DNA of 64,000 nucleotides from a virus (Duplodnaviria; Heunggongvirae; Uroviricota; Caudoviricetes): IMG/VR virus record IMGVR_UViG_3300037067_007156, positions 397,519 to 461,518 of that record; one strand, 5' to 3'. Shown piece by piece: positions 22,465 to 31,508 of this stretch (position 1 is its first letter; each line of letters starts with the position of its first letter). The notes under the pieces were generated by a model. It saw only the letters and a program-made list of their open reading frames with translations, ran no database searches and was not told where the DNA came from. The position numbers and the translations under genes were made by a program.

Positions 22465-23031
22465 TTACATAAGTTTAATATAATAAGTAACATCTTCTTT
22501 ATTAAAATAAGTAGATATGCCTTCCTTTATTTCACATTTTCCAAAACTATTAATAAAATCTTTATATAATAATTTTTTTCTTTTATCAACAGGGTTTCCT
22601 ATAACATAAATTATATTTTCAAATTTACTATTAAAATCATCTAACAAAAACATGATTCTTTTAAATATTTCATACAATTCACCTAATTTTGTTGGTTCAT
22701 CATATAATTCATCATCCCTATTAACTAAGGTGAATGAAACAGAATAGTGTATAAAATTTAACCAATAATTTTGTGGCGTTAATTGTATTAAATCTAATTT
22801 ATATTCATTACCAGAATTACATTTAAAAATATATTGGTAAGATTTATATTTATTTATAGATACATCTTTAAATTCAATTGGTGTTTCAAGAGGATTATAT
22901 ATGATTTCATATAAAGGATGTTCGTCCGAAAATTTAGAACATATTAATTTAACACCTTTTTTTATTCGGTCAGTGCCATGTTCTTTTACGTATTGTTGAT
23001 AAGCTTCAAATGTTGTTTTTATATATTTCAT
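22465..23031 (-). CDS. Hypothetical protein, paralog family A, N-terminal tag MKYIKTTFEAY
   Basis: YEIFKRI...VIGNP..KRKKLLYKDF. Confidence 0.7.
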   Translation of the reverse strand: MKYIKTTFEAYQQYVKEHGTDRIKKGVKLICSKFSDEHPLYEIIYNPLETPIEFKDVSINKYKSYQYIFKCNSGNEYKLDLIQLTPQNYWLNFIHYSVSFTLVNRDDELYDEPTKLGELYEIFKRIMFLLDDFNSKFENIIYVIGNPVDKRKKLLYKDFINSFGKCEIKEGISTYFNKEDVTYYIKLM

Positions 23032-23123
23032 ATTTTCATATCTAATTTTTGAATTTTTTTAATAATTTTTAAAATGTAAATATAGTTAAAAATAAAAATA
23101 TATAAAATAAAAAATTAAATTAT

Positions 23124-24887
23124 ATGGCAAAAAGATTAGCAATGGTCAATAATGGTGTTTTGGAAGCTATTCCAAATACCGAAGTATATTCAGGTTCTAC
23201 TGGTACAACATTTACATTTAGAAATGATGAAAGTGATTCATCTGTGAATTTCAATTCAATTAAAAATGAAGCTGGTGAATATGATGGGTTTAAATTAGAT
23301 AATAAAGATTTATTAGGGGAGTATGATTTATTTGAAATTTCTAAAAGAAATGGTTATATAAATAATGTGAGAGTTACACCCGTATATAAATCGGGTGTAG
23401 ATAATGATTGGGTGTGGGAAGCTGGAGTGTATTATTGGTTGTGTGGTGGTGGTGGTAATGGATATGGTATTGGGCCTTATTCTGGTTTTGATGGTAATGC
23501 TTTACAATACCAATCACACAATCCACTGGCAAATATAGTTAATGATGGTCGAGAAAAACATACAGCGAATGGTTATTTATGTTTTAAATATGTATGTGAT
23601 TGTCCAGTTGAAATTAAAATAGTTAGTGCGAAAACTGAATCGGGTTTAATTATAAACCCAAATGTTATAATATCAACAATTGCTGCTAATGTAGGTGAAC
23701 CAAAAACAATAATGATACCTTATAATGTTATTGAAGCTTATTCACAATCTGATTTAATAAGTTATGTTACAAGTTTTTCATTTAGGATTGTATTTGAAGG
23801 TTCGAGTTATCATAATTTTATTATTGATGAGGTTTATACAACAACTAACATTACTAATTCTGTAATATCTTGGGATGTTACTTCAAAAGTATCAATACCA
23901 TATGGTATCACAACATCTAACATTGAATGTACATCAGCTACTATAAACACATTATCTTCAACTAATATTAATACTTCTTCTGGTATTACTACTAATTTAA
24001 CATCAACAAATATTACATCAAATATAATAAATGTTGGTAATATTAAAATGACATCAAGTGTTGGTATTATAAATACTACAAATACCAATTTTATCTGGAA
24101 TGATGTTGGTACAACAAATTTAACATATGGTGTTATAATAGGGTGGGGCGCAAGAAGTTCAAATTATAATGGAACTGTTATCGGTAGAGAGGCTATTTCT
24201 ACTGGTAATTCATCATCAGTATATGGTTATGGTGCTTGTTCATATAGTCATTATTCAACTTCAATTGGAAATTATGCTTATACTAATGCTGAATATTCAA
24301 CTGCAATCGGGTATGGTGCGAGTGCTTCTGGTATTCGTTCAACCGCATTGGGATATGGTTCAACTGTAACTACATCATATGAAATGAGATTAGGTAATAG
24401 TACAACTACGGTAAAACTTGGTAATGGAGCAACTGTTACATCCGATATCAGGGATAAAGTTGATATACAAGAAAATGAGTTGGGATTAAAATTTATAAAC
24501 ACAATTAATACTTATAAATGGAAAGATAATAATAGAGACAAATACTTCATAACTAAAAAAGATGACACAACTGGTAGTGATATAAAAATTTTAGATGATA
24601 ACGGTTTACCTATAATCGATGAAGAAAAATATAAAAACGCTGAATATAAAGGTAAAAGATGGCATAGAGGTGTAGTAGCACAAGATATAAATAAATTAGT
24701 TGATTCTACAATTTTTTCTGCTGTAAAAGATACAACTGTGAATAATAAATATCCACATATTGAAGAGTTAACGGTTGATTATAATCAATTTATTGCGCCT
24801 ATTATTAAATCCATACAAGAATTGTCACATTTAGTAACTGAGTTAAAAGATGAAAATAAAAAACTGAAAAATAAATTAGGAGTTTAG
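23124..24887 (+). CDS. Tail fibre / adhesin with YadA-head-like repeats and C-terminal S74 intramolecular chaperone
   Basis: Roughly 14-aa repeats (STSIGNYAYT, STAIGYGASA, STALGYGSTV); SDIRDKVDI...GVVAQD...VDY...IKSIQEL followed by a coiled coil. Confidence 0.8.
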   Translation: MAKRLAMVNNGVLEAIPNTEVYSGSTGTTFTFRNDESDSSVNFNSIKNEAGEYDGFKLDNKDLLGEYDLFEISKRNGYINNVRVTPVYKSGVDNDWVWEAGVYYWLCGGGGNGYGIGPYSGFDGNALQYQSHNPLANIVNDGREKHTANGYLCFKYVCDCPVEIKIVSAKTESGLIINPNVIISTIAANVGEPKTIMIPYNVIEAYSQSDLISYVTSFSFRIVFEGSSYHNFIIDEVYTTTNITNSVISWDVTSKVSIPYGITTSNIECTSATINTLSSTNINTSSGITTNLTSTNITSNIINVGNIKMTSSVGIINTTNTNFIWNDVGTTNLTYGVIIGWGARSSNYNGTVIGREAISTGNSSSVYGYGACSYSHYSTSIGNYAYTNAEYSTAIGYGASASGIRSTALGYGSTVTTSYEMRLGNSTTTVKLGNGATVTSDIRDKVDIQENELGLKFINTINTYKWKDNNRDKYFITKKDDTTGSDIKILDDNGLPIIDEEKYKNAEYKGKRWHRGVVAQDINKLVDSTIFSAVKDTTVNNKYPHIEELTVDYNQFIAPIIKSIQELSHLVTELKDENKKLKNKLGV

Positions 24888-24900
24888 TGTGATAAAATCG

Positions 24901-24944
24901 AACCTAAAACGTTTATGTAATTTGTTTTAGGTTCAATTTTTTTT
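24901..24944 (+). terminator. Intrinsic terminator after the tail fibre gene
   Basis: AACCTAAAAC...GTTTTAGGTT followed by a T-run. Confidence 0.65.
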
Positions 24945-24992
24945 ATTGGATTAATATTTTTATTTTTATATTGTAATAAAAAATATGAAAAT

Positions 24993-25139
24993 ATGAAACT
25001 GATAAACTACAATTCAATTAACGAAAACGTTGACCCAGATTTAGAGCGGAAAGCTGAACATATTTGGCAATTGATACAAGCTGCTAATAAAGCTGGAATT
25101 AAAACATATGTTCGTTTTCCAACTTATACAGAAAATTAG
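24993..25139 (+). CDS. 48-aa protein, paralog of the frameshifted copy at 27061..27208
   Basis: Hand translation MKLINYNSINENVDPDLERKAEHIWQLIQAANKAGIKTYVRFPTYTEN*. Confidence 0.7.
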   Translation: MKLINYNSINENVDPDLERKAEHIWQLIQAANKAGIKTYVRFPTYTEN

Positions 25140-25353
25140 TAAAAAATTATTTTTATTAATTTTTTCTTCGACATATTTTGACTGTTCGGTTTATTGATTA
25201 ATAAACAACCATTTTTTATCATTTACAATAACAACATGTTTTGATTGTATGTTATCTTTATAATTAAATCATCTATTAAAAAAGTAGTTTCAGATAAATA
25301 TACTAAAAATATATTATAAATAATTTATATATAATAAAAAATAAAGTTATTAT

Positions 25354-25755
25354 ATGAAACACTTAAAAGATTTCGAAAATTATAGTTTAAATGAAAAAAA
25401 TGAAGAATTACCAGATAATATACGACTTGGTAATAATTTCAAATCAAAATATTTAAATAATAAATCTTTTGTTACTAAAAAGGTTGAAATCACAGATAAA
25501 TATAAAGAAAACGTAAAAAACCAATATGTTGTGACCAATACACCTAATTCACAAATATATAAAGGTACTTTATATGTTATGAAAGATGGTTCAGCTATAA
25601 TGGATGTAAAATATACCACATTTTCGGGTGTTAAAAATAAATATAAAAATTATTTTGATTTAGATGGAAATGAAATAATTCATAAAGATGATAAAACTCG
25701 ATATGAAAAAGAATATTATGAAAAAATAACCAATAGAAAAGATGAAATACGTTAA
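25354..25755 (+). CDS. Hypothetical protein with N-terminal tag MKHLKDFENYSLNE
   Basis: ORF track; TTATATATAA at 25325..25334. Confidence 0.8.
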   Translation: MKHLKDFENYSLNEKNEELPDNIRLGNNFKSKYLNNKSFVTKKVEITDKYKENVKNQYVVTNTPNSQIYKGTLYVMKDGSAIMDVKYTTFSGVKNKYKNYFDLDGNEIIHKDDKTRYEKEYYEKITNRKDEIR

Positions 25756-26072
25756 AACATTTGAGGCTTATGATAAATCAAAATTATTTGCCCCCACTGG
25801 AATTTACTACTAACATGTTAGGTAAATTATCAGATGAGAAAAAAGAAAATATTATGGATTATTTAAAACACCCATCATACAACCAATGGGAAGAAATTTC
25901 ACATTATTTAATTGCACCTAATAAAACTTTATGGCAAGCTGTTATAGCTATTGACCCCACGTATCCAAAGAGAGGTCGTAAAACTGATACACAAGGTAAA
26001 ATATTAAAAGATTGGGACGTTATACCAACAGCAGAACAGATAAAAGATGCAATTAGAAAAATTGTCTATTAA
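25742..26072 (+). pseudogene. Hypothetical gene split by a +1 frameshift at C5 (25791..25795); true start MKYVKTFEAY
   Basis: ATG at 25742 gives the tagged MKYVKTFEAYDKSKLFAP then a stop; removing one C joins it to LEFTTNMLG... of track ORF 25761..26072. Confidence 0.6.
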
Positions 26073-26086
26073 AAAAAAATATAAAA

Positions 26087-26545
26087 ATGAAACACCTAAA
26101 AACATTTGAAAATTTCAAAATGAAAGCTTTTTTTCATGGTTCATCAGAATTTATTAAGAACAACACTATTTTAAGACCTCATACTGGTTCTTACGTCAAA
26201 CAGAAAGATAATGAATTTTTAGAAAATTTGATGGAAAAATTTAGACCAGAGGATAAAATAAGTCGATATGACGCTGTTTTTATGGTAGATAATATGGATT
26301 TAATAGATGATGCTGGTGGTTCTACTGATTTTATATATGAAGTTTTACCAAAAGGAGAGATTGAGCGTTCTGATTTAGCTTGGTATACTGAGGTTCAAGT
26401 TTTAGATGAAGAAAATGAAGAAGATTTAATAAGAGAATATGTTTTAAATTATTGGAACGGTGTCAAATTTCACGATGAAGAATCAAGTCTATGGGAATAT
26501 AGAGCTAAATCAGCTATTGTAATTGATTTGATAGAAGAAAATTAA
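26087..26545 (+). CDS. Arr-like ADP-ribosyltransferase-fold protein with N-terminal tag MKHLKTFENF
   Basis: FFHGS...L.P...VFM...IYEV.P.G.IE...EYR resembles the Arr family layout (FYHGT, YIVEP.G, SYRS). Confidence 0.55.
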   Translation: MKHLKTFENFKMKAFFHGSSEFIKNNTILRPHTGSYVKQKDNEFLENLMEKFRPEDKISRYDAVFMVDNMDLIDDAGGSTDFIYEVLPKGEIERSDLAWYTEVQVLDEENEEDLIREYVLNYWNGVKFHDEESSLWEYRAKSAIVIDLIEEN

Positions 26546-26754
26546 AGAACGTAATATGTAGTATTACTAAATTCATGAATTCTACTTCTATGCATACCTA
26601 ATATACCTTTTTTAACCAACCCTTTTACCGAATTACCAATATGCATTTTATGTTTTTTCAATTCCCATGCAATATCATCACAGGACATAAAATCATTGTC
26701 TTTTTTAAGTAATTCTATTATTTGAGTTTGTAAGTCGGTTAATTTATCACTCAT
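26542..26754 (-). CDS. Winged-helix DNA-binding protein
   Basis: LTDLQTQIIELL...MSCDDIAWEL...SVKGLVKKG. Confidence 0.6.
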   Translation of the reverse strand: MSDKLTDLQTQIIELLKKDNDFMSCDDIAWELKKHKMHIGNSVKGLVKKGILGMHRSRIHEFSNTTYYVL

Positions 26755-27060
26755 ACAATTTTATTTATTAAAAAAGTTTTTTAAATAGGTTAGTGAAAAA
26801 ACGGTGTAATTTCGGAAACACTGGTTCTCCAATATTACGAGTAGAAATATCTGCAACCCGTAGTCTTGACTCTAAAACTCGTTCCATTAAATCGAGTAAT
26901 TTTTCTCGTTTCTGGAAATTTTCTTCTATTCTATTTACTTCCATTATATTAATTTTAAACAAATATAAATATTATCCAATTAGAAAAAAAATCAGAAGAA
27001 TATAGGGTTTTTTTATCTCATATAAATATTTTACATTTGATTAAACCAAAAATATATAAT

Positions 27061-27208
27061 ATGAAATTAATATCATTTAATAAAATCACAGAGGATACAG
27101 ACTCATCACTTGAACAAAAAAGCTGAACACATCTGGTCACTTATGAAAGCTGCACAAAAAGCTGGTGTGAAAACATATGTTTGTTTCCCAAATTATACTG
27201 AAAATTAA
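27061..27208 (+). pseudogene. Frameshifted paralog of 24993..25139
   Basis: MKLISFNKITEDTDSSLEQK, then one extra A (A6 at 27116..27121), then AEHIWSLMKAAQKAGVKTYVCFPNYTEN*; 148 nt vs 147 nt. Confidence 0.75.
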
Positions 27209-27215
27209 TAAAAAA

Positions 27216-27380
27216 TTAATCCAATATAATCTCTATTGTGGTTATTTTTTTACCTACTACTTCAGCCTCACAACCACCTCTTGGACAAGGACACATACGC
27301 TTTCCATGCTCAGATGATATATCACATCTTTTACAGTAATAAAAATCTTCGGTTATAAATTTTTTCTTCGGCTGTTTCAT
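27216..27380 (-). CDS. 54-aa Cys-rich protein
   Basis: Hand translation MKQPKKKFITEDFYYCKRCD...MCPCPRGGCEAE...IILD*. Confidence 0.6.
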   Translation of the reverse strand: MKQPKKKFITEDFYYCKRCDISSEHGKRMCPCPRGGCEAEVVGKKITTIEIILD

Positions 27381-27435
27381 ATTTTTAAAATAAAAATGAT
27401 TATTTTTATATATAATACAAATATAACTTTTTAAT

Positions 27436-28140
27436 ATGTCAAAAATAAAAGATTTCCAAAATTTTCTAAATGAAAATATTCAAATGCTCAGTGACCCGAA
27501 TTATAAATATATAGCATTGGTTGTTAAAAAATGTACATATGAAGAAACATCACATTTTTTTATGAAAGAACCATTGGAAATTGGAACATGTAAAAGTGGT
27601 AAATTCTTTTTAAATTATTTGGATGTTAACAAATATGATAATAATTTAGCATTTTGGATAGTATATAATAAAAAAACGGATAAATTAAGTGGTACACGTT
27701 GGAATTCTTCGGTTATTTGGGAAGAAAATGGTATATTGGAATATATTGAAGATGAAAATGAAAAAGAACAATTTGAATTATACCCTGATTTTCTTAATAT
27801 TATAGCAAACAAAATAAAATCATATCCAGATTTAAATGAATGGATTAAATATATTGTTGATACATGGACATTACACAGAAAATATCATCGTTGGGCAATT
27901 GCATTGGCTAATAAAAGAACAGATAAAAAATTAACTTGGGATGAACAAATTGAGTGGGTAAAGAATAATATAGAAATTGAAAAAATGTTAAATCGCTCAT
28001 CATATCCATATCAAGAAAAACAATTGAAAGAAATGGAAGATTTAGGTGAAATTGAATATAAAAAAGTGACTGATAAAATGAATACTGAAATGTCCAAAAT
28101 CTTCAAAGAACTTGAAGATGAAGGAGCATTTAAAAAATAA
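27436..28140 (+). CDS. Hypothetical protein with N-terminal tag MSKIKDFQNFLNE
   Basis: ORF track; TTATATATAA box upstream. Confidence 0.8.
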   Translation: MSKIKDFQNFLNENIQMLSDPNYKYIALVVKKCTYEETSHFFMKEPLEIGTCKSGKFFLNYLDVNKYDNNLAFWIVYNKKTDKLSGTRWNSSVIWEENGILEYIEDENEKEQFELYPDFLNIIANKIKSYPDLNEWIKYIVDTWTLHRKYHRWAIALANKRTDKKLTWDEQIEWVKNNIEIEKMLNRSSYPYQEKQLKEMEDLGEIEYKKVTDKMNTEMSKIFKELEDEGAFKK

Positions 28141-28192
28141 AAATATATTATTTTATTTTAATATATAGGATATAAAAAATAATATTAAAACA

Positions 28193-28483
28193 ATGAGTAT
28201 ATTAACTTGGGATGAATTTAACGAATCTAAAAAAGAGGGTAAAGGTTTAACAGCTGGTCAGAAAAAACTTCCAAAAGCACTGCAAGATGCTATTTTGAAA
28301 AAACAAGGTCTGAAACCTGAAAAGGATGATGATGCTGATAAAGACGACAAAGAAAAAAAGGGTAAAAAGGAAGAAAAAGATGACGACAAAGATGATAAGA
28401 AAGTCGGTTTAACAGCAGGTCAGAAAAAATTACCTAAAGCTCTACAAGATGCTATTTTAAAAAAACAAAATAAGGATAAATAA
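28193..28483 (+). CDS. Small charged protein with a duplicated 21-aa motif; N-terminal tag MSILTWDEFNES
   Basis: GLTAGQKKLPKALQDAILKKQ at 28244..28306 and 28406..28468, separated by a K/D/E linker. Confidence 0.8.
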   Translation: MSILTWDEFNESKKEGKGLTAGQKKLPKALQDAILKKQGLKPEKDDDADKDDKEKKGKKEEKDDDKDDKKVGLTAGQKKLPKALQDAILKKQNKDK

Positions 28484-28902
28484 TGAAACGACTTAAATTA
28501 TTTGAAGATTTTTCACAAGAAACACCAATAGAACACGACATCGATGATATAATAAATTCTTATTTTGAAGCTGCTTTATGGACTGATGAAGACCGTTTAG
28601 CTGAAGAAGTAGGAGACGAATCAGCTAAATCATTTACTATTTTTGATTTTAGTGAAGAAACTAAGATTAAAGCTAAAGAAGAAATTGAACAATTTATGGA
28701 TAAAGTTGGTCAATATTTGACTAATATCACTGATGATATGATTGGTCATGATTTTTGGTTAACTCGTAATCATCACGGTGCAGGTTTCTGGGATAGAAAA
28801 GAAATTGAATACGAAATCGGTGATAAAATATCTGAAATATGTAATGAGTTCAGAGAATTAATGGTTGTGGTTGGTGATGATGGAAAACTATATTTAGAAT
28901 AG
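28483..28902 (+). CDS. Hypothetical protein (HDFWLTRNHHGAGFWDR family) with N-terminal tag MKRLKLFEDF
   Basis: ORF track. Confidence 0.8.
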   Translation: MKRLKLFEDFSQETPIEHDIDDIINSYFEAALWTDEDRLAEEVGDESAKSFTIFDFSEETKIKAKEEIEQFMDKVGQYLTNITDDMIGHDFWLTRNHHGAGFWDRKEIEYEIGDKISEICNEFRELMVVVGDDGKLYLE

Positions 28903-28931
28903 AAAAATTAAATTTGTTACATAAAAAGTTT

Positions 28932-29351
28932 TCAATTTAATAAATTTAATTTTTCTAATTTAAGTTTTCTTAAAAATGATTTTGGGCAGATGTTATTTAA
29001 AAGCCAATCACTACATTTCAAATCAATTTTATTTTCAGTACAAAATGTCACAAATTCTAAGTTATAATTTATTAAACTATTCACTTTAACAGATTGATGA
29101 CTAAGTTCTACTAAGAACTTAGTTTGTTTTTCTTTAGTTATTTTTAAACAAAAAGTTTTTTCATTCGAAATTAAATTTAAACTATTAACAGATGAATTAG
29201 ATGTTATTTTTTTATCATTAAAAATAATATTATCGAACCATGTGGGTAACATTTCAGGATTAATCTTACTTACCAAAAAACGGTAAATTGGACTTATTTC
29301 AATTCCTTTTTTTTCTCTGGTTACTAACATTATTTCTTCAAAAGTTATCAT
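28932..29351 (-). CDS. Hypothetical protein with C-terminal tag LRKLKLEKL
   Basis: ORF track; TAnnTTTG box at 29357..29364. Confidence 0.7.
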   Translation of the reverse strand: MITFEEIMLVTREKKGIEISPIYRFLVSKINPEMLPTWFDNIIFNDKKITSNSSVNSLNLISNEKTFCLKITKEKQTKFLVELSHQSVKVNSLINYNLEFVTFCTENKIDLKCSDWLLNNICPKSFLRKLKLEKLNLLN

Positions 29352-29387
29352 GATAACAAAGTTAATAATAAATTGGAATTAAACAAC

Positions 29388-29684
29388 CTATGGTGTTCCA
29401 TTTATATTATCATTACGTGTAACAAAACCATAATTAAAAATAAAGGAATTCACACATCTTTCTATATTTTTTTGTTTCGTGGAAGGAAATCTCATTATCT
29501 CTCTTCTGGCATCTTTATTATTTCTTAGATATTCAAATAACCATGCTTTATAAGAATTTTCTTCATCTACTGACCATGTATATTTAGTATACCAACCAGC
29601 TTCTTGAAAATCTATTGTATCATAATCTGCACCAACTCGTTGGCACATTTCATATAATATATTATGTATGTGTGTCGAAAACAT
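29388..29684 (-). CDS. Hypothetical protein (likely start MFSTHIH)
   Basis: Track ORF 29388..29969 uses a TTG inside the structured element; the ATG at 29684 has an A-rich leader. Confidence 0.6.
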   Translation of the reverse strand: MFSTHIHNILYEMCQRVGADYDTIDFQEAGWYTKYTWSVDEENSYKAWLFEYLRNNKDARREIMRFPSTKQKNIERCVNSFIFNYGFVTRNDNINGTP

Positions 29685-29799
29685 AAAAATTTCTTTTTTA
29701 ATTATATTCAAAAAAACATTTTTTGTTTTAAATAAAAAATCCAAAACATTACATTTTGGATTTTTGACATATATAGTTTGTTTAGTTATTCTTAAAAAA

Positions 29800-30136
29800 T
29801 GGTTGCTTAGTGAAAAAGGCATATAGCTAATGCTAATGCTAATATCAAAAACAAAGACCCCTTCTACTACAAAGGCAATGTCAAAGATTAAGTCTTTTTT
29901 CGTAAACCAGTTATCATGTATACATGTAATCTGTTTTACATCTTGGTCTTTTTTGTAAAAGAAATCCAAAAAAACTTAATTTATTTTTGTAGAAGGGCGG
30001 TTTTTATCGGCTGCCGAAGCAGTCAAGTTTTATCTGTAAGATACCATTCTTAAATGTAATTTCATAAATTTTAAGAACCCCTTCACTAAGCACAAAGATT
30101 AACAGCTTCAGTTTTTACTTCTACTGTTAACCAACC
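29800..30136 (-). ncRNA. Candidate ~340-nt structured non-coding RNA of unknown class
   Basis: Nested long-range complements 29801..29805/30132..30136, 29804..29814/30082..30092 (11 bp) and 29859..29867/29989..29997 (9 bp); GACUGC-UUCG-GCAGCC hairpin near 30009..30024; further local hairpins. Confidence 0.6.
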
Positions 30137-30142
30137 AAAATC

Positions 30143-31078
30143 TTACGCTTCAATTTCTTCTTTTCCAAGGTTTTTCAGAAAATCATCAACTGTTTTCTGA
30201 AACCTTTGGTCAACCTGAATACGAAGCGAAACAATATTTTTAATATTATTCTGACGTTCAATCTCAAACTCAGATTTTACAGTTTTAACCTTTTCACTAT
30301 ATATTTTTTGTAAATTTGTATATTCTGCTGAAATTTCTGAATTGTATTTTTCAACTTCGGTTTGAGAGTCTGCATTAATTTTTGCGATACGTGAATTTTC
30401 CTGTGTGGTTAGATTTTTAACCTTAGCCTTGTAATAATTAACACGTTTTTCATAATCACGGTGTTTTGCTGCCAATTCTTCGTGCAGTTTTAACAAATCT
30501 TCTGCTTTGTGATGTTTTGTTATTACAACTGGTGTCTTCTTTCCATCCTCAACATTGAACCATTCAATAGATGGTATAGTTGATAACTCTCGACGAAGTA
30601 AATCCAATTTTGAACCCTTATGAATAAATAATCCAATGTGAGATGCCATAGCCTCAGCTTCCAAATACTCATTTAATTCTAACGCTGTAAGTTGAGACCA
30701 ACCCCAATCTTCTGTAACATTTGGAATTATGTTCGCACATTTATACTCTGGGTTTTTTGGTTTTTCTATTCCTGAAATATCGGCCATTTGAGATTTAGCT
30801 TCGGCTAAAAGGTTTTCTTTAGCACGTATATTTTCCATTAAAAATGCCTGACAAGCATGAAGATTACCTTTTTTCTCGATGAGTTCAATGATATTTTTCG
30901 GTAGGGGATGAGATTCCTGAAGTCCGTGTTCTTTTGAATTAACACTTATTATTTTAGAACAATTATTTATTTCTTCAATTATTCTTTCTATTTCTTTTGC
31001 AGATTGATTGCAAAGATTAGATATAGATTGAGCTTGTGATAAGCTTAAACCAGTTGTAGCTAAATTATTTTTTCTCAT
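30143..31078 (-). CDS. 311-aa predominantly helical / coiled-coil protein directly upstream of the structured RNA
   Basis: ORF track; TAnnTTTG box at 31124..31131; its stop is 6 bp from the RNA element. Confidence 0.85.
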   Translation of the reverse strand: MRKNNLATTGLSLSQAQSISNLCNQSAKEIERIIEEINNCSKIISVNSKEHGLQESHPLPKNIIELIEKKGNLHACQAFLMENIRAKENLLAEAKSQMADISGIEKPKNPEYKCANIIPNVTEDWGWSQLTALELNEYLEAEAMASHIGLFIHKGSKLDLLRRELSTIPSIEWFNVEDGKKTPVVITKHHKAEDLLKLHEELAAKHRDYEKRVNYYKAKVKNLTTQENSRIAKINADSQTEVEKYNSEISAEYTNLQKIYSEKVKTVKSEFEIERQNNIKNIVSLRIQVDQRFQKTVDDFLKNLGKEEIEA

Positions 31079-31203
31079 ATTATTTAGGATTATTTTTAGT
31101 TTTTCGAGTTTGTTTTAGAGTTTCAAAAGTATGATTATTTTTTAATTAAACAAAAACATTCTATTATAATTTAGAATTATTTTTAAATAAATTTTCGGAA
31201 AAA

Positions 31204-31485
31204 TTAACTCCAAAATTCATAAATACTATTTCCAGTTTTGAATTTAACATACAAAACATTATTTTCATCGATTCTTTCTTCCAAAATTTCAGTCACCTCG
31301 GTTGTTAACCAATAATCTTGATTACTGTATGACCGAGCAGTAACACTTCCAACTAATAGAGAACATCCAATTGTTGGTCTGTTTGATACGACCTCTTTAA
31401 ATTTTCCATCTTCAGTCCATGCAATGGCTTCAACTCTTGCACCAGCATCACCTTTACCATCCGAAATTCTTTTTAATGTAGCCAT
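31204..31485 (-). CDS. Hypothetical protein
   Basis: ORF track; DYWLTTEVTEI...FKTGNSIY resembles a common small phage family. Confidence 0.75.
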   Translation of the reverse strand: MATLKRISDGKGDAGARVEAIAWTEDGKFKEVVSNRPTIGCSLLVGSVTARSYSNQDYWLTTEVTEILEERIDENNVLYVKFKTGNSIYEFWS

Positions 31486-31508
31486 ATTATTTATATAATT
31501 ATTTTTGA

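Noticed and set aside
29800-30136. tmRNA, tRNA or group I/II intron identity for the structured element
   Set aside because: The 3' CCA is paired in the terminal stem, there is no T-arm GTTCRA motif or recognisable intron core, and no interrupted gene flanks it.
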